Positions 27,557-35,717 of a stretch of DNA of 45,786 nucleotides are shown here, in pieces. The stretch's first letter is position 1. Each line of letters begins with the position of its first letter. The position numbers and the translations under genes were made by a program. The DNA lies in IMG/VR virus record IMGVR_UViG_3300022923_000027, positions 1 through 45,786 of that record. The stretch is one strand, 5' to 3'. Below the pieces are notes generated by a model. That model was given only the letters and a program-made list of their open reading frames with translations. It had not been told where the DNA came from and searched no databases. This stretch comes from a virus (lineage: Duplodnaviria; Caudoviricetes).

Positions 27557-27733
27557 TCAATGCTGAGTGACAACATTAAAGCGAGGGGAATTTAACCCTT
27601 CATCTTTTTTTATTTCCCTAAGATACGCAAGGCTAGATGCACTTCTAACTCTAGGATATTCAGTTCCTGTATCAAAGATCTTGACAGACCAATGCGTTGA
27701 CCATTTTTTTATTCTAACTTCAATTTTATTCAT
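27557..27733 (-). CDS. hypothetical protein, copy 2 (MNKIEVRIKKWSTHWSVKIFDTGTEYPRVRSASS...), 58 aa, not in ORF track
   Basis: Translated by hand; 20 of the first 21 aa identical to 26468..26656. Confidence 0.75.
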   Translation of the reverse strand: MNKIEVRIKKWSTHWSVKIFDTGTEYPRVRSASSLAYLREIKKDEGLNSPRFNVVTQH

Positions 27734-27770
27734 AACTTTATTATAGGGTTAAAGGTTAAAAGCGCAAGCT

Positions 27771-28019
27771 TTATTTTACAAGTTCAAGTATTTCTTCGCA
27801 AGCTTCGACACAACCTGATTCCCACCACAACTCGGGATCTTGTATTTCAGAAACAACTTTTTCGGATGACAACTCGGAAGGCAAGGAAACAACTTCGCCA
27901 AGCCCAAGTTTACCACCAAAGGCTTCTGCCAAGTTGTCGCAAGCACGATCGTTGCAACCTTCGTCAGCGTCGGCAAGTATTGAAAAGAGGGCTTGTATTT
28001 TTTGTTGTGATAATTTCAT
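27771..28019 (-). CDS. hypothetical phage protein
   Basis: ORF track. Confidence 0.65.
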   Translation of the reverse strand: MKLSQQKIQALFSILADADEGCNDRACDNLAEAFGGKLGLGEVVSLPSELSSEKVVSEIQDPELWWESGCVEACEEILELVK

Positions 28020-28113
28020 TTTATTTATTCTTTAATTGTTTAACTTACTATATATACAAACTATATTAAAAATTCAAAAAAGTCAAGCACATAGCAAAAA
28101 AAACTTTGTATCA

Positions 28114-28138
28114 TAAACTATTGATTATCAAGTACTTA
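28114..28138. repeat. accessory third palindrome of E9
   Basis: TAAACTATTG-N5-CAAGTACTTA, starting 79 bp before E9. Confidence 0.7.
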
Positions 28139-28192
28139 TGTAAACACGCAAAAAAAAGTTGTTTTATTTTAAGAAAAGTTTTAGGTTTGTTG

Positions 28193-28269
28193 TAAGTTGT
28201 TGTATACCAACGAGTTACGCAAAAAACGCGTAGGCGGTTTGCCCTAAGTCGTTGACCCTGTGCTACTTA
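28193..28269. repeat. 77-bp dyad element E9
   Basis: TAAGTTGTTG-N5-CAACGAGTTA + 27 bp (CGTAGG) + TAAGTCGTTG-N5-GTGCTACTTA. Confidence 0.9.
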
Positions 28270-28575
28270 GAACACAAGTGGATCAGGAATTGCGGTATTG
28301 GATGCAAACCAATCGAATGGGTCAATTTCTTGACCGTTTAGCACAGGCTCAAACTTGACTTGGTGAACGCCTGCATTGGCTATGCCGTTGACGCGTTCGC
28401 GTGTGGTGGGCGTATTGTATCCCGCAAGCGACCATCTAACGAGCCCGTCAGGATCGCGTTTGACAATCGCGTTGCCATGTAGCCAAACGGTCTCGCCGTC
28501 GGTCATGGTATTGCCAACGCTTAAAGGTTGGCGGCGTTCAAATGCTTGTTTGATTTGTTGTGTTACTTTTCTCAT
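28267..28575 (-). CDS. conserved phage hypothetical protein
   Basis: MRK.....AF...NT...LHGN.I...G..T.TT.ER.N family pattern; its TAA is the end of E9. Confidence 0.75.
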   Translation of the reverse strand: MRKVTQQIKQAFERRQPLSVGNTMTDGETVWLHGNAIVKRDPDGLVRWSLAGYNTPTTRERVNGIANAGVHQVKFEPVLNGQEIDPFDWFASNTAIPDPLVF

Positions 28576-28781
28576 GTTATTTTAGTTTCTGCAAATTCTT
28601 AAGGCTTCAGCGTCCCAAATGTCGATGATGGCTGAGAGTATCCAAGCTTGTCTCTTTTCAAGTCGAGCCTTACGCATTACGGCTGTGATTTGTTGGAGTC
28701 TTGGTTGTGGTTTGTTAATTTCTTTCATACTATTACTATCGTTTATTTTTGATGCAATTGCAAGAAAAAAGTTTATTTTTT

Positions 28782-28955
28782 TTAAGAAAAGAAAGGGTGC
28801 TTCTTAACTTGCCAAGGCATGAAAGCGACACGCTTTTGCGAGCGATACAAACGGCAAAGAATTTGTTTGCCCAATCGATCGGTCTTGTAGGACGCATCGA
28901 CGACTTGAAAAATTTGACCTTTGCGGTCAACTACTACATCATTATTCTTAATCAT
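28782..28955 (-). CDS. hypothetical small protein
   Basis: Internal ATG of the track ORF, after a minus-strand TTGACT promoter. Confidence 0.6.
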   Translation of the reverse strand: MIKNNDVVVDRKGQIFQVVDASYKTDRLGKQILCRLYRSQKRVAFMPWQVKKHPFFS

Positions 28956-29264
28956 ATAAACAACATAGCACACAAACCTTGAAAAGTCAAGAAAAACTTT
29001 AAATTATTTTATTGCACGATACCCCCTCCCCCTGTGTGACCCTACCCATTAAATGAATTCATTTTGCAATCGAATTGTGCAGTAGTGGCGGGGGGTGCCT
29101 TTTTTCAATATGAAATTGAACATCATACATTACAACATATTGCTTGGCTCAAAAAAAATCGGCGGCCCTTTCTAAAACAATCAATTTTGCACATATATAA
29201 ATAACAATGTCCGCCTTTAAAAAACATAAAAAAACGTGTAACTTATGTTAATATAATATATATC

Positions 29265-29996
29265 ATGCCTCGACGCAAGAAAAAACCCGAAATCGTGAAT
29301 GAAGACGAAATTGAAAAAATTCGTAAATCATTAACCAAAACAAACATCAAGTTAAAGAAAATAAGTTTAACTGACAAACAAACACAATTGTTGAAAATAA
29401 TATTCGACAATGACAGTAAAATTGTGTTCATCAGTGGCCCTGCTGGCACCAGCAAGACATACGTTGCCATATACGGCGCTCTGCAGCTTTTCAACATGAA
29501 CAATGAGCGCGGCATCACCTATGTGCGAACCATCGCAGAAAGTGGCGAAAAGAGCCTCGGCGCGCTTCCCGGAGAAATGGCCGAGAAAATCAACCCATAC
29601 ATGATGCCCATGAACGAAAAGCTTGATGAGTTATTGATTCCTGGTCAGGCAAGTATATTAAAAGAAAAAGAAATAGTAAAAGGCATGCCAATCAATTATC
29701 TTCGCGGCGCAAGTTGGCGCAACGAGGTGGTAATCGCGGATGAATCTCAAAATTTCACATTCAAAGAATTGACAACCTTGATGACTCGCCTTGGCGAGGG
29801 CAGCAAGTTGATCATTTGCGGCGATCCCATGCAAAGCGACATCAATGGAAAAAGCGGTTTCGCGGACATGTACGGATTATTCAATGATGCAGAAAGCAAA
29901 GAAAAAGGAATACACACCTTTCATTTTGGAGCAGAAGACATAAAAAGAAGTGAAATATTAAAATATGTAATTGCAAAAATACAAAATAAAAAATGA
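29265..29996 (+). CDS. phoH: PhoH-family ATPase
   Basis: Walker A GPAGTSKT, LG.LPG...EK..PY, YLRGASW, DESQN, TRLG.GSK..ICGD..QSD. Confidence 0.93.
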   Translation: MPRRKKKPEIVNEDEIEKIRKSLTKTNIKLKKISLTDKQTQLLKIIFDNDSKIVFISGPAGTSKTYVAIYGALQLFNMNNERGITYVRTIAESGEKSLGALPGEMAEKINPYMMPMNEKLDELLIPGQASILKEKEIVKGMPINYLRGASWRNEVVIADESQNFTFKELTTLMTRLGEGSKLIICGDPMQSDINGKSGFADMYGLFNDAESKEKGIHTFHFGAEDIKRSEILKYVIAKIQNKK

Positions 29997-32900
29997 TTGA
30001 ATTCCCTCAAGACGGTCAGATCTCGATACAAGATCTTAAGGCTTTTATTGAGGCAAAGCTTGGCGAAGGAGCTGTAACCGATCAAAACTTAAAAAATTTA
30101 TTTGCCAAAATGGAAGAACATTCATTTCAACTTCCAAATGCCGATCTTGACGCTCAAGGCGATTCTCAAGCTTTTATCGAGCCTCATAAAATGAGTGAAG
30201 TTTATGGAGGCAAGGCCCCAATAACCGAAGAAGGTATTAAATATGGCAACCATCAACTTTCTTTGGAAATTATAAGGGAGAGCGAAATATGGGAATTCCT
30301 TTCTAATAATCGTCAAAATATTCCTTTCACTGCTTGTTATTCAGATGAAGATGTTTCAAGTTTTCAAAAGGTAGAACTTTCCTCAACCAGTAATTATACA
30401 ATACCATTTGGTTCTGCAGGTTTATTTTCGAGCGAACAGGATATCAATTCATGGACAAAAACCAGCGCTTCATTGTCCAACATAGAGGGTTATTTTGTAG
30501 GAAAAATAACCCCAACTTTTCCTGGAGGAGGAATCTACTTAAGTTTTCAAGCAAATATCGGAGAGACTTATGTTTTTTCTGCAGTGAGTATTTTAAAAAA
30601 TAACATTTTTCCTGAGATCACTGCAAACGCAAGAATTCGAATTGGCACAAGCCCATGGGACAACACATATTTAGATAATATAGCGGAGTCATCTAGCGTG
30701 TTAGCTGAATTTATTCCGACCAGTTCCACCGTTTATATATCCATAACTTCTGAGTATTCTTACGGTTATAATCCATTTGCTGCGGCTTTGGTTCAATGTT
30801 TTGAAGCTTATGAGCACGGGCAGGTTAAATTTGGATACTGCAATGTAGAGCTGCACCACCCTAGTTTCCCAGTGCTTCCTCTTCCGGAAGTAGATAGTTC
30901 TTTGTATGATGATCCCCAGAACATCGAATCATTCAATGTAAAGGCCTCTTCAAGAGGAGCTTATTTGAGATTAAGTTCAGAAGGAACCGTTTTGTTGGAT
31001 CAAGAAAGTTTGCGGAAATATTTTTCCCAATATAACAATGAATACAATTGTTTTTTTGATATTTTTACGGAACAATCTCAATACGAGGGTTATTCCACCA
31101 AGCAGTCATTCAAGTGTTTGGTGACGCTGAATGACTTTTCATTTAACCCTTTTATTAGTCAACCCACAGCAACAATGAAAGGAAGTCTTAATATTCCTTT
31201 TATCTCCAGCAATGGAAATAGCGGATTCAGCAATTTATCTATTAATTTTATAAACTCTTCGAATTATGGGGTCATTGACTTTGCTTCTGGTGACGCTAAC
31301 ATTTATGATTCTGCGGGGCAAATTGTTTCTTCGCATCAATCTAAAGATGATGCAATATCAGTGTGGAAACAAAATTATTTACAAGAAGGGGAGTTCTATC
31401 TATCAAATTCTGGCAATCGATTATTTGATTGGATTACTATATCTGTAAGTCCTATATTCCCTAATATCGAAATAGACTTGATAACGGATACAATAAACTT
31501 TTATCAATACTATGCATATACTCAAGTCCGAAACATAAATTTAAGCGTAGGAATGGAATATCCAAGGCACACTTCATTTCCTGTTTATGGAACAGGCAAC
31601 GAAGGTTTTCGCATTAAACCATTTTACTATATAAATATAAACGAAAATCAAAGACTACAAATAGAAAAAGCAATACAAAAATGTGAATCTATGCTTGATC
31701 AATTTTATAATTTTAATTTATTCTTTTTACCGTTAGAGGATTCTAGGTCTGGGGGTACACTTGCTGCAGCCAGGCCCAATGTGTCAGACTCGATTGAAAA
31801 TGGCCTATTCAAAAATAAAAAATTACAAACGATTTTTAACCTTAATTCTAGCACCCCGGTTTCTTATAGTTCATATTTAAATAAAATTTCGTATGCAGAC
31901 CGCTTGCATTTTGAAGTTACATCAACCGGTAGATTAAGATGTTATGCGGGATTTAATCTTGGAACGCTAAAAAAAGATCATTTTTATGAAATAAATATTA
32001 ATTACAGTTATGACGACAATGACTTTGTCTTCTTCATTAATGTTTGCGTCGATGGCTTTGAAGAAGGGGATAAAAGAAATGTGGGTAGAGTTGCTACTAT
32101 GTCTACTGATACGCTGCAGGCTGAACGTGCTGGACATGCCGCAATTTTTCAATGTGAATCCAGTCAGGTTCATTATATTGAATTAGAAGTTGTTAACGCG
32201 GATATTTTGCCGGGCACAGCGAGCATTTCTTCTGGTTCGAACATTCTTTATTCAAACAGAGATTTAACATCTAATCTTTCTGGGTCTGCCCTAGGGGGGT
32301 ATTACGTTTTAATAAAAAGAAAAGTTTACTATGTGAGCAGCGTGTCAAAACAATACGATGAAGATGGAAATATTATTGGCTCAATTGTTTATCTTGCCTC
32401 AAACTATATTTATGATACCGCAGAGGATGTCGTTATTTATAGGGTTAACCTTGTAGGTGCTGGTGATAATTGGGAGGTATACTCTCTTCAGGTTTCTGAA
32501 ATAAAAACTTTCAGAACAAACGATGCAAGTCAAACAACAATTGATGCAGAGCCTAGAGACAGAATCAACTCTGGAACAATATTTATTGATCAAATAGACT
32601 TTAACTCTGAGGCATCAAATAGGATTTTACACGATGATAAAACCTTGGTTTATTATATTGTATTACATGAAATTTTGCACGCCCTAGGTTTAAGCTCTTA
32701 TTATTTCAACAAATACAATTTAAAAAGCGAAGACGGTTACCCAACCCAATACCAAGGTTATTATGGAAACTTAATGTATGCTAATCTTGTTATTAACAAA
32801 TTAAATGATCTTGGAAAAAATTTAACCGATTATTATTACAATTCTTTGCCTATGCAGGGTTCATCTACTCATTTGGCAGAATTTGCTAAAAATTTTAATG

Positions 32901-33175
32901 GAAAAATTCAACCATCTTTTATGAATGAATTAATGACTCCTTATTATGATTATGCTCGAGGTATACTTTCTGAGATAACTTTAGGAATTTTTGAGGATCT
33001 TGGTTACAATGTAAATTATAATATTGCGGAAAACCCTATTTTACTGGAATTACATGAAGACACTTCGGTGTCAGAAGATCCAGGTAGTTCAAATTATGAT
33101 GAATTAATTGAAAAAAACAATAAAAGGGCATGCTATTGCGACAGACATGCTAACCGAAATGAAATTAATCATTGA
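29993..33175 (+). CDS. 1060-aa putative virion protein with C-terminal zinc metalloprotease (M8/leishmanolysin-like) domain
   Basis: HEILHALG, downstream H in STHLAE and Met-turn NELMTP, then T.G.F.DLGY; N-terminal P..GQIS..D...PH.MSE.YG motif recalled from phage tail proteins. Confidence 0.65.
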   Translation: MIEFPQDGQISIQDLKAFIEAKLGEGAVTDQNLKNLFAKMEEHSFQLPNADLDAQGDSQAFIEPHKMSEVYGGKAPITEEGIKYGNHQLSLEIIRESEIWEFLSNNRQNIPFTACYSDEDVSSFQKVELSSTSNYTIPFGSAGLFSSEQDINSWTKTSASLSNIEGYFVGKITPTFPGGGIYLSFQANIGETYVFSAVSILKNNIFPEITANARIRIGTSPWDNTYLDNIAESSSVLAEFIPTSSTVYISITSEYSYGYNPFAAALVQCFEAYEHGQVKFGYCNVELHHPSFPVLPLPEVDSSLYDDPQNIESFNVKASSRGAYLRLSSEGTVLLDQESLRKYFSQYNNEYNCFFDIFTEQSQYEGYSTKQSFKCLVTLNDFSFNPFISQPTATMKGSLNIPFISSNGNSGFSNLSINFINSSNYGVIDFASGDANIYDSAGQIVSSHQSKDDAISVWKQNYLQEGEFYLSNSGNRLFDWITISVSPIFPNIEIDLITDTINFYQYYAYTQVRNINLSVGMEYPRHTSFPVYGTGNEGFRIKPFYYININENQRLQIEKAIQKCESMLDQFYNFNLFFLPLEDSRSGGTLAAARPNVSDSIENGLFKNKKLQTIFNLNSSTPVSYSSYLNKISYADRLHFEVTSTGRLRCYAGFNLGTLKKDHFYEININYSYDDNDFVFFINVCVDGFEEGDKRNVGRVATMSTDTLQAERAGHAAIFQCESSQVHYIELEVVNADILPGTASISSGSNILYSNRDLTSNLSGSALGGYYVLIKRKVYYVSSVSKQYDEDGNIIGSIVYLASNYIYDTAEDVVIYRVNLVGAGDNWEVYSLQVSEIKTFRTNDASQTTIDAEPRDRINSGTIFIDQIDFNSEASNRILHDDKTLVYYIVLHEILHALGLSSYYFNKYNLKSEDGYPTQYQGYYGNLMYANLVINKLNDLGKNLTDYYYNSLPMQGSSTHLAEFAKNFNGKIQPSFMNELMTPYYDYARGILSEITLGIFEDLGYNVNYNIAENPILLELHEDTSVSEDPGSSNYDELIEKNNKRACYCDRHANRNEINH

Positions 33176-33482
33176 ATCTTGCTTATCCGAACCGCCGAGC
33201 GAAATATCTTGTTTTCGCGATGTCACATTGTATGCAAAAACATATTGTTTTGAAGATATTCTTGTTCAATGCCCCCCTGGCACCAGATCATTGTATTGGA
33301 ATTGGCTCAAGCGCCACGGCGCTCATGATTTCATAAGTTACTTGATCCGCATGGACGAAAAAGAACCCGGATATAGCATGGGAACTACTCCGGGTTCTGA
33401 CATAGTAACAGACCGCATCGCCTGTTGTAATTTAAGCGAAATTATTAACTCGCTGCAGCAGTTTCGGCGCTTTCTTCGCTGA
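33108..33482 (+). CDS. hypothetical protein
   Basis: ORF track; true start probably a downstream Met. Confidence 0.55.
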   Translation: MKKTIKGHAIATDMLTEMKLIIESCLSEPPSEISCFRDVTLYAKTYCFEDILVQCPPGTRSLYWNWLKRHGAHDFISYLIRMDEKEPGYSMGTTPGSDIVTDRIACCNLSEIINSLQQFRRFLR

Positions 33483-33765
33483 CCTCTTCCACTGCTTGAT
33501 TCGCGGCATCTTCAGTTTTTGCTTTTTCAACTGCTTGAAGTAAATCTGCGACTTGGTCGTCGGTCATTTCCTTGACCTGTTCGCGGCCTTGTTCAATAGC
33601 TTTATTTTGAGACAATTGAATGAGCGCATTCAAGGAAACCTGGGAAAGTGCTTCTCCGAGTGTTGCTCGGCCAAGAAATTCGTTGGCCAATACCACGGCA
33701 GCTTGTTCGCGTTCGGGCGAGGCGTTATTGTTTGATTCTTTATTTTGAGTGTTTTGATCTGTCAT
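33445..33765 (-). CDS. hypothetical protein
   Basis: ORF track; protein-like composition. Confidence 0.65.
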   Translation of the reverse strand: MTDQNTQNKESNNNASPEREQAAVVLANEFLGRATLGEALSQVSLNALIQLSQNKAIEQGREQVKEMTDDQVADLLQAVEKAKTEDAANQAVEEVSEESAETAAAS

Positions 33766-33802
33766 GTTAGATGTTAATCGTTTTTTTTAGTTTTTAAATT
33801 TT

Positions 33803-33985
33803 TTATTGATAATTTATTGATTCTTTTTGTGCCATGCCCATGAATATATTTTGAATCAATATTTGTTGTTTTAGTTGATTTATTTCTTGATTTTGTTTTT
33901 TTATCACTTGATTCTGCTCCCACATGAACCACCCCATGTAGAACAACAGCAACAATGTGCTCACGACGCTTAAATGCTTGTTCAT
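33803..33985 (-). CDS. small TM plus coiled-coil protein
   Basis: N-terminal hydrophobic helix, Q/N-rich tail. Confidence 0.6.
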   Translation of the reverse strand: MNKHLSVVSTLLLLFYMGWFMWEQNQVIKKQNQEINQLKQQILIQNIFMGMAQKESINYQ

Positions 33986-34128
33986 GTTTTATGATAATGC
34001 GCGCTCATCAAAAATTCAAAAACTATATAATTTTATATAATTGAAAACATATTCAAGAATCAATAAAATAAAGATGTGCAAAAACTTTGCAATCCTCTTT
34101 TAAGAAAAAATAGTGTAACAATAGATTC

Positions 34129-35038
34129 ATGAGCAACAAAAAAATTCACGAACTACCCGAACTGGATCCTGAAGATTTTGAGCCTGGAAATGACAAGTTT
34201 ATTATTCAAAGCGAAGGAGACAATAACAAAGGAACTTATTCTTCCACAATCACCGAAATGATAAACAATGGATCTGCCGAACTTCCTGGGTCAACAGATT
34301 GGCAGTGGAATTTTCTAGATGAGCCTGCTACAATTGTAGGTTTTCAGTTTGGGGGCACGGCCAACAAAGATCATCCAAGCACAGGAGGCGGCTTGACTGC
34401 GAGCGAAATTAGAATTAACGATATAGATGTGACTGTAGATAAAGATGGAAATGCTACGGGCATACCAAAGACAGCTCAAAACTATTTGTGTGTTGTTTGC
34501 TCCAGAAATGTTGGTTTAAATTTCTTTGTGCCAAGGGGCAAAATTAAAATAATCGATACCAAAAATACAGCAAACAATTTTGATTCTCCAAGAGACTCAT
34601 ATGCAAATTATATAAACGCCACTAGCGCATTTACTAAAGCTTCGGACATAGCAAATCCGATTCAAGAAAAAATGTTTGTTGTGGAAAATATTTCTTTTCC
34701 GCAAGATCGAAAAATAGACATTGATTCTGGAAAAAACCCCACATACAGAGATGCCGGGAAAATAAATTTATCTATCACTCCTCATGTCCATCTGAGCTCA
34801 ACAGTGGGTCACGATAACTGGTAACAAAATGTTTAATTTTTTTTCACCTTCAAGCGGTCCTACCAACAGCGACAACCAGCAAATTAGCTTTACACCCACA
34901 CCCATGCTGGACCCCGTGAAGATAGCCCTAAAGGTGCAAAATGATTATATGGCAAGCAAGGCGACAGCAAGGCAAATAGATTACTGGAATATTGCCCCTT
35001 GGGAGTTGTATTATGTCAAAATAATAGCCTGGAACTAA
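34129..35038 (+). pseudogene. tail-like paralogue 1, split by an apparent +1 frameshift (34129..34824 and 34829..35038)
   Basis: N-terminal KKIHELPEL motif in ORF1; family C-terminus KIIAW in ORF2; removing one G at 34806-34808 fuses them. Confidence 0.55.
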
Positions 35039-35716
35039 ATGAATTTTGGAAATCTTGATTTAATAGATCATCATCAACAATTAGACATAGAAAAAGATAA
35101 AGTAATTGTTGAAAAAAGCGGTAAAGCTTACCAAATCGGAATCGAGTCATTAATTGACCGAATAGACACGAAAGCAAGAGCCATAACAAAGACTTCTTGG
35201 GTTTTTTTGGGTCGAGACGACGTAAAAGACATATTGAATGAAGAGATTGAAGTGCGAGCCAATCAAACCACCTCAAGAACTCTGAAGGTCGCTGATTTTG
35301 ATGATATCGCTGTGCCAGCATTTTGCAGGAGGCTTCTTTTTGTTTTTGATATTGATAATCTTGATGTTTTTACGAAATATCGTGGTTTTTATAGAATTGT
35401 TTCTCCAGCAATAGGTTCAAGAAAAAAAATTTTAGTCATACTTGAGAACGTTCAGGATGTAGATTTAGATTCTAAATCTAAAGAAGTCAGTAAACAAAAA
35501 ATTGAAGATCAATTTATAAAGCTTCTACGGGGAGACCGATCAGAATTTAATAGGCTTGAAAAATTACTAGGACCTTTGTCTGCTGCAAATAAAATACCAA
35601 ACGTATCTTTTCCAAACAGAAATATGGAGCCTGCTAATAAAATAAAAATAGATATTAAATCTGGCAACTCAAAAGGTTACCTGCATTCCATGAAAATTTT
35701 AGCATGGAGTTATTGA
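35039..35716 (+). CDS. tail-like paralogue 2
   Basis: Shares D.EKDK.IV, W.FL, VP, LEN and KILAWSY motifs with neighbours. Confidence 0.65.
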   Translation: MNFGNLDLIDHHQQLDIEKDKVIVEKSGKAYQIGIESLIDRIDTKARAITKTSWVFLGRDDVKDILNEEIEVRANQTTSRTLKVADFDDIAVPAFCRRLLFVFDIDNLDVFTKYRGFYRIVSPAIGSRKKILVILENVQDVDLDSKSKEVSKQKIEDQFIKLLRGDRSEFNRLEKLLGPLSAANKIPNVSFPNRNMEPANKIKIDIKSGNSKGYLHSMKILAWSY

Positions 35717-35717
35717 C

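Noticed and set aside
26468-27733. Diversity-generating retroelement template/variable repeat for the duplicated MNKI gene
   Set aside because: Differences are not adenine-specific, include an indel, both copies are intact ORFs and no reverse transcriptase is present.
17995-28269. CRISPR or other guide-RNA array interpretation of the dyad repeats
   Set aside because: The repeats are 77 bp, degenerate and separated by 0.5-1.9 kb of genes; no cas or Nop-domain gene is recognisable.
17995-28269. Classical integron attC sites or IS/MITE ends
   Set aside because: There are no RYYYAAC...GTTRRRY ends with extrahelical bases, no target-site duplications and no integrase or transposase in the window.
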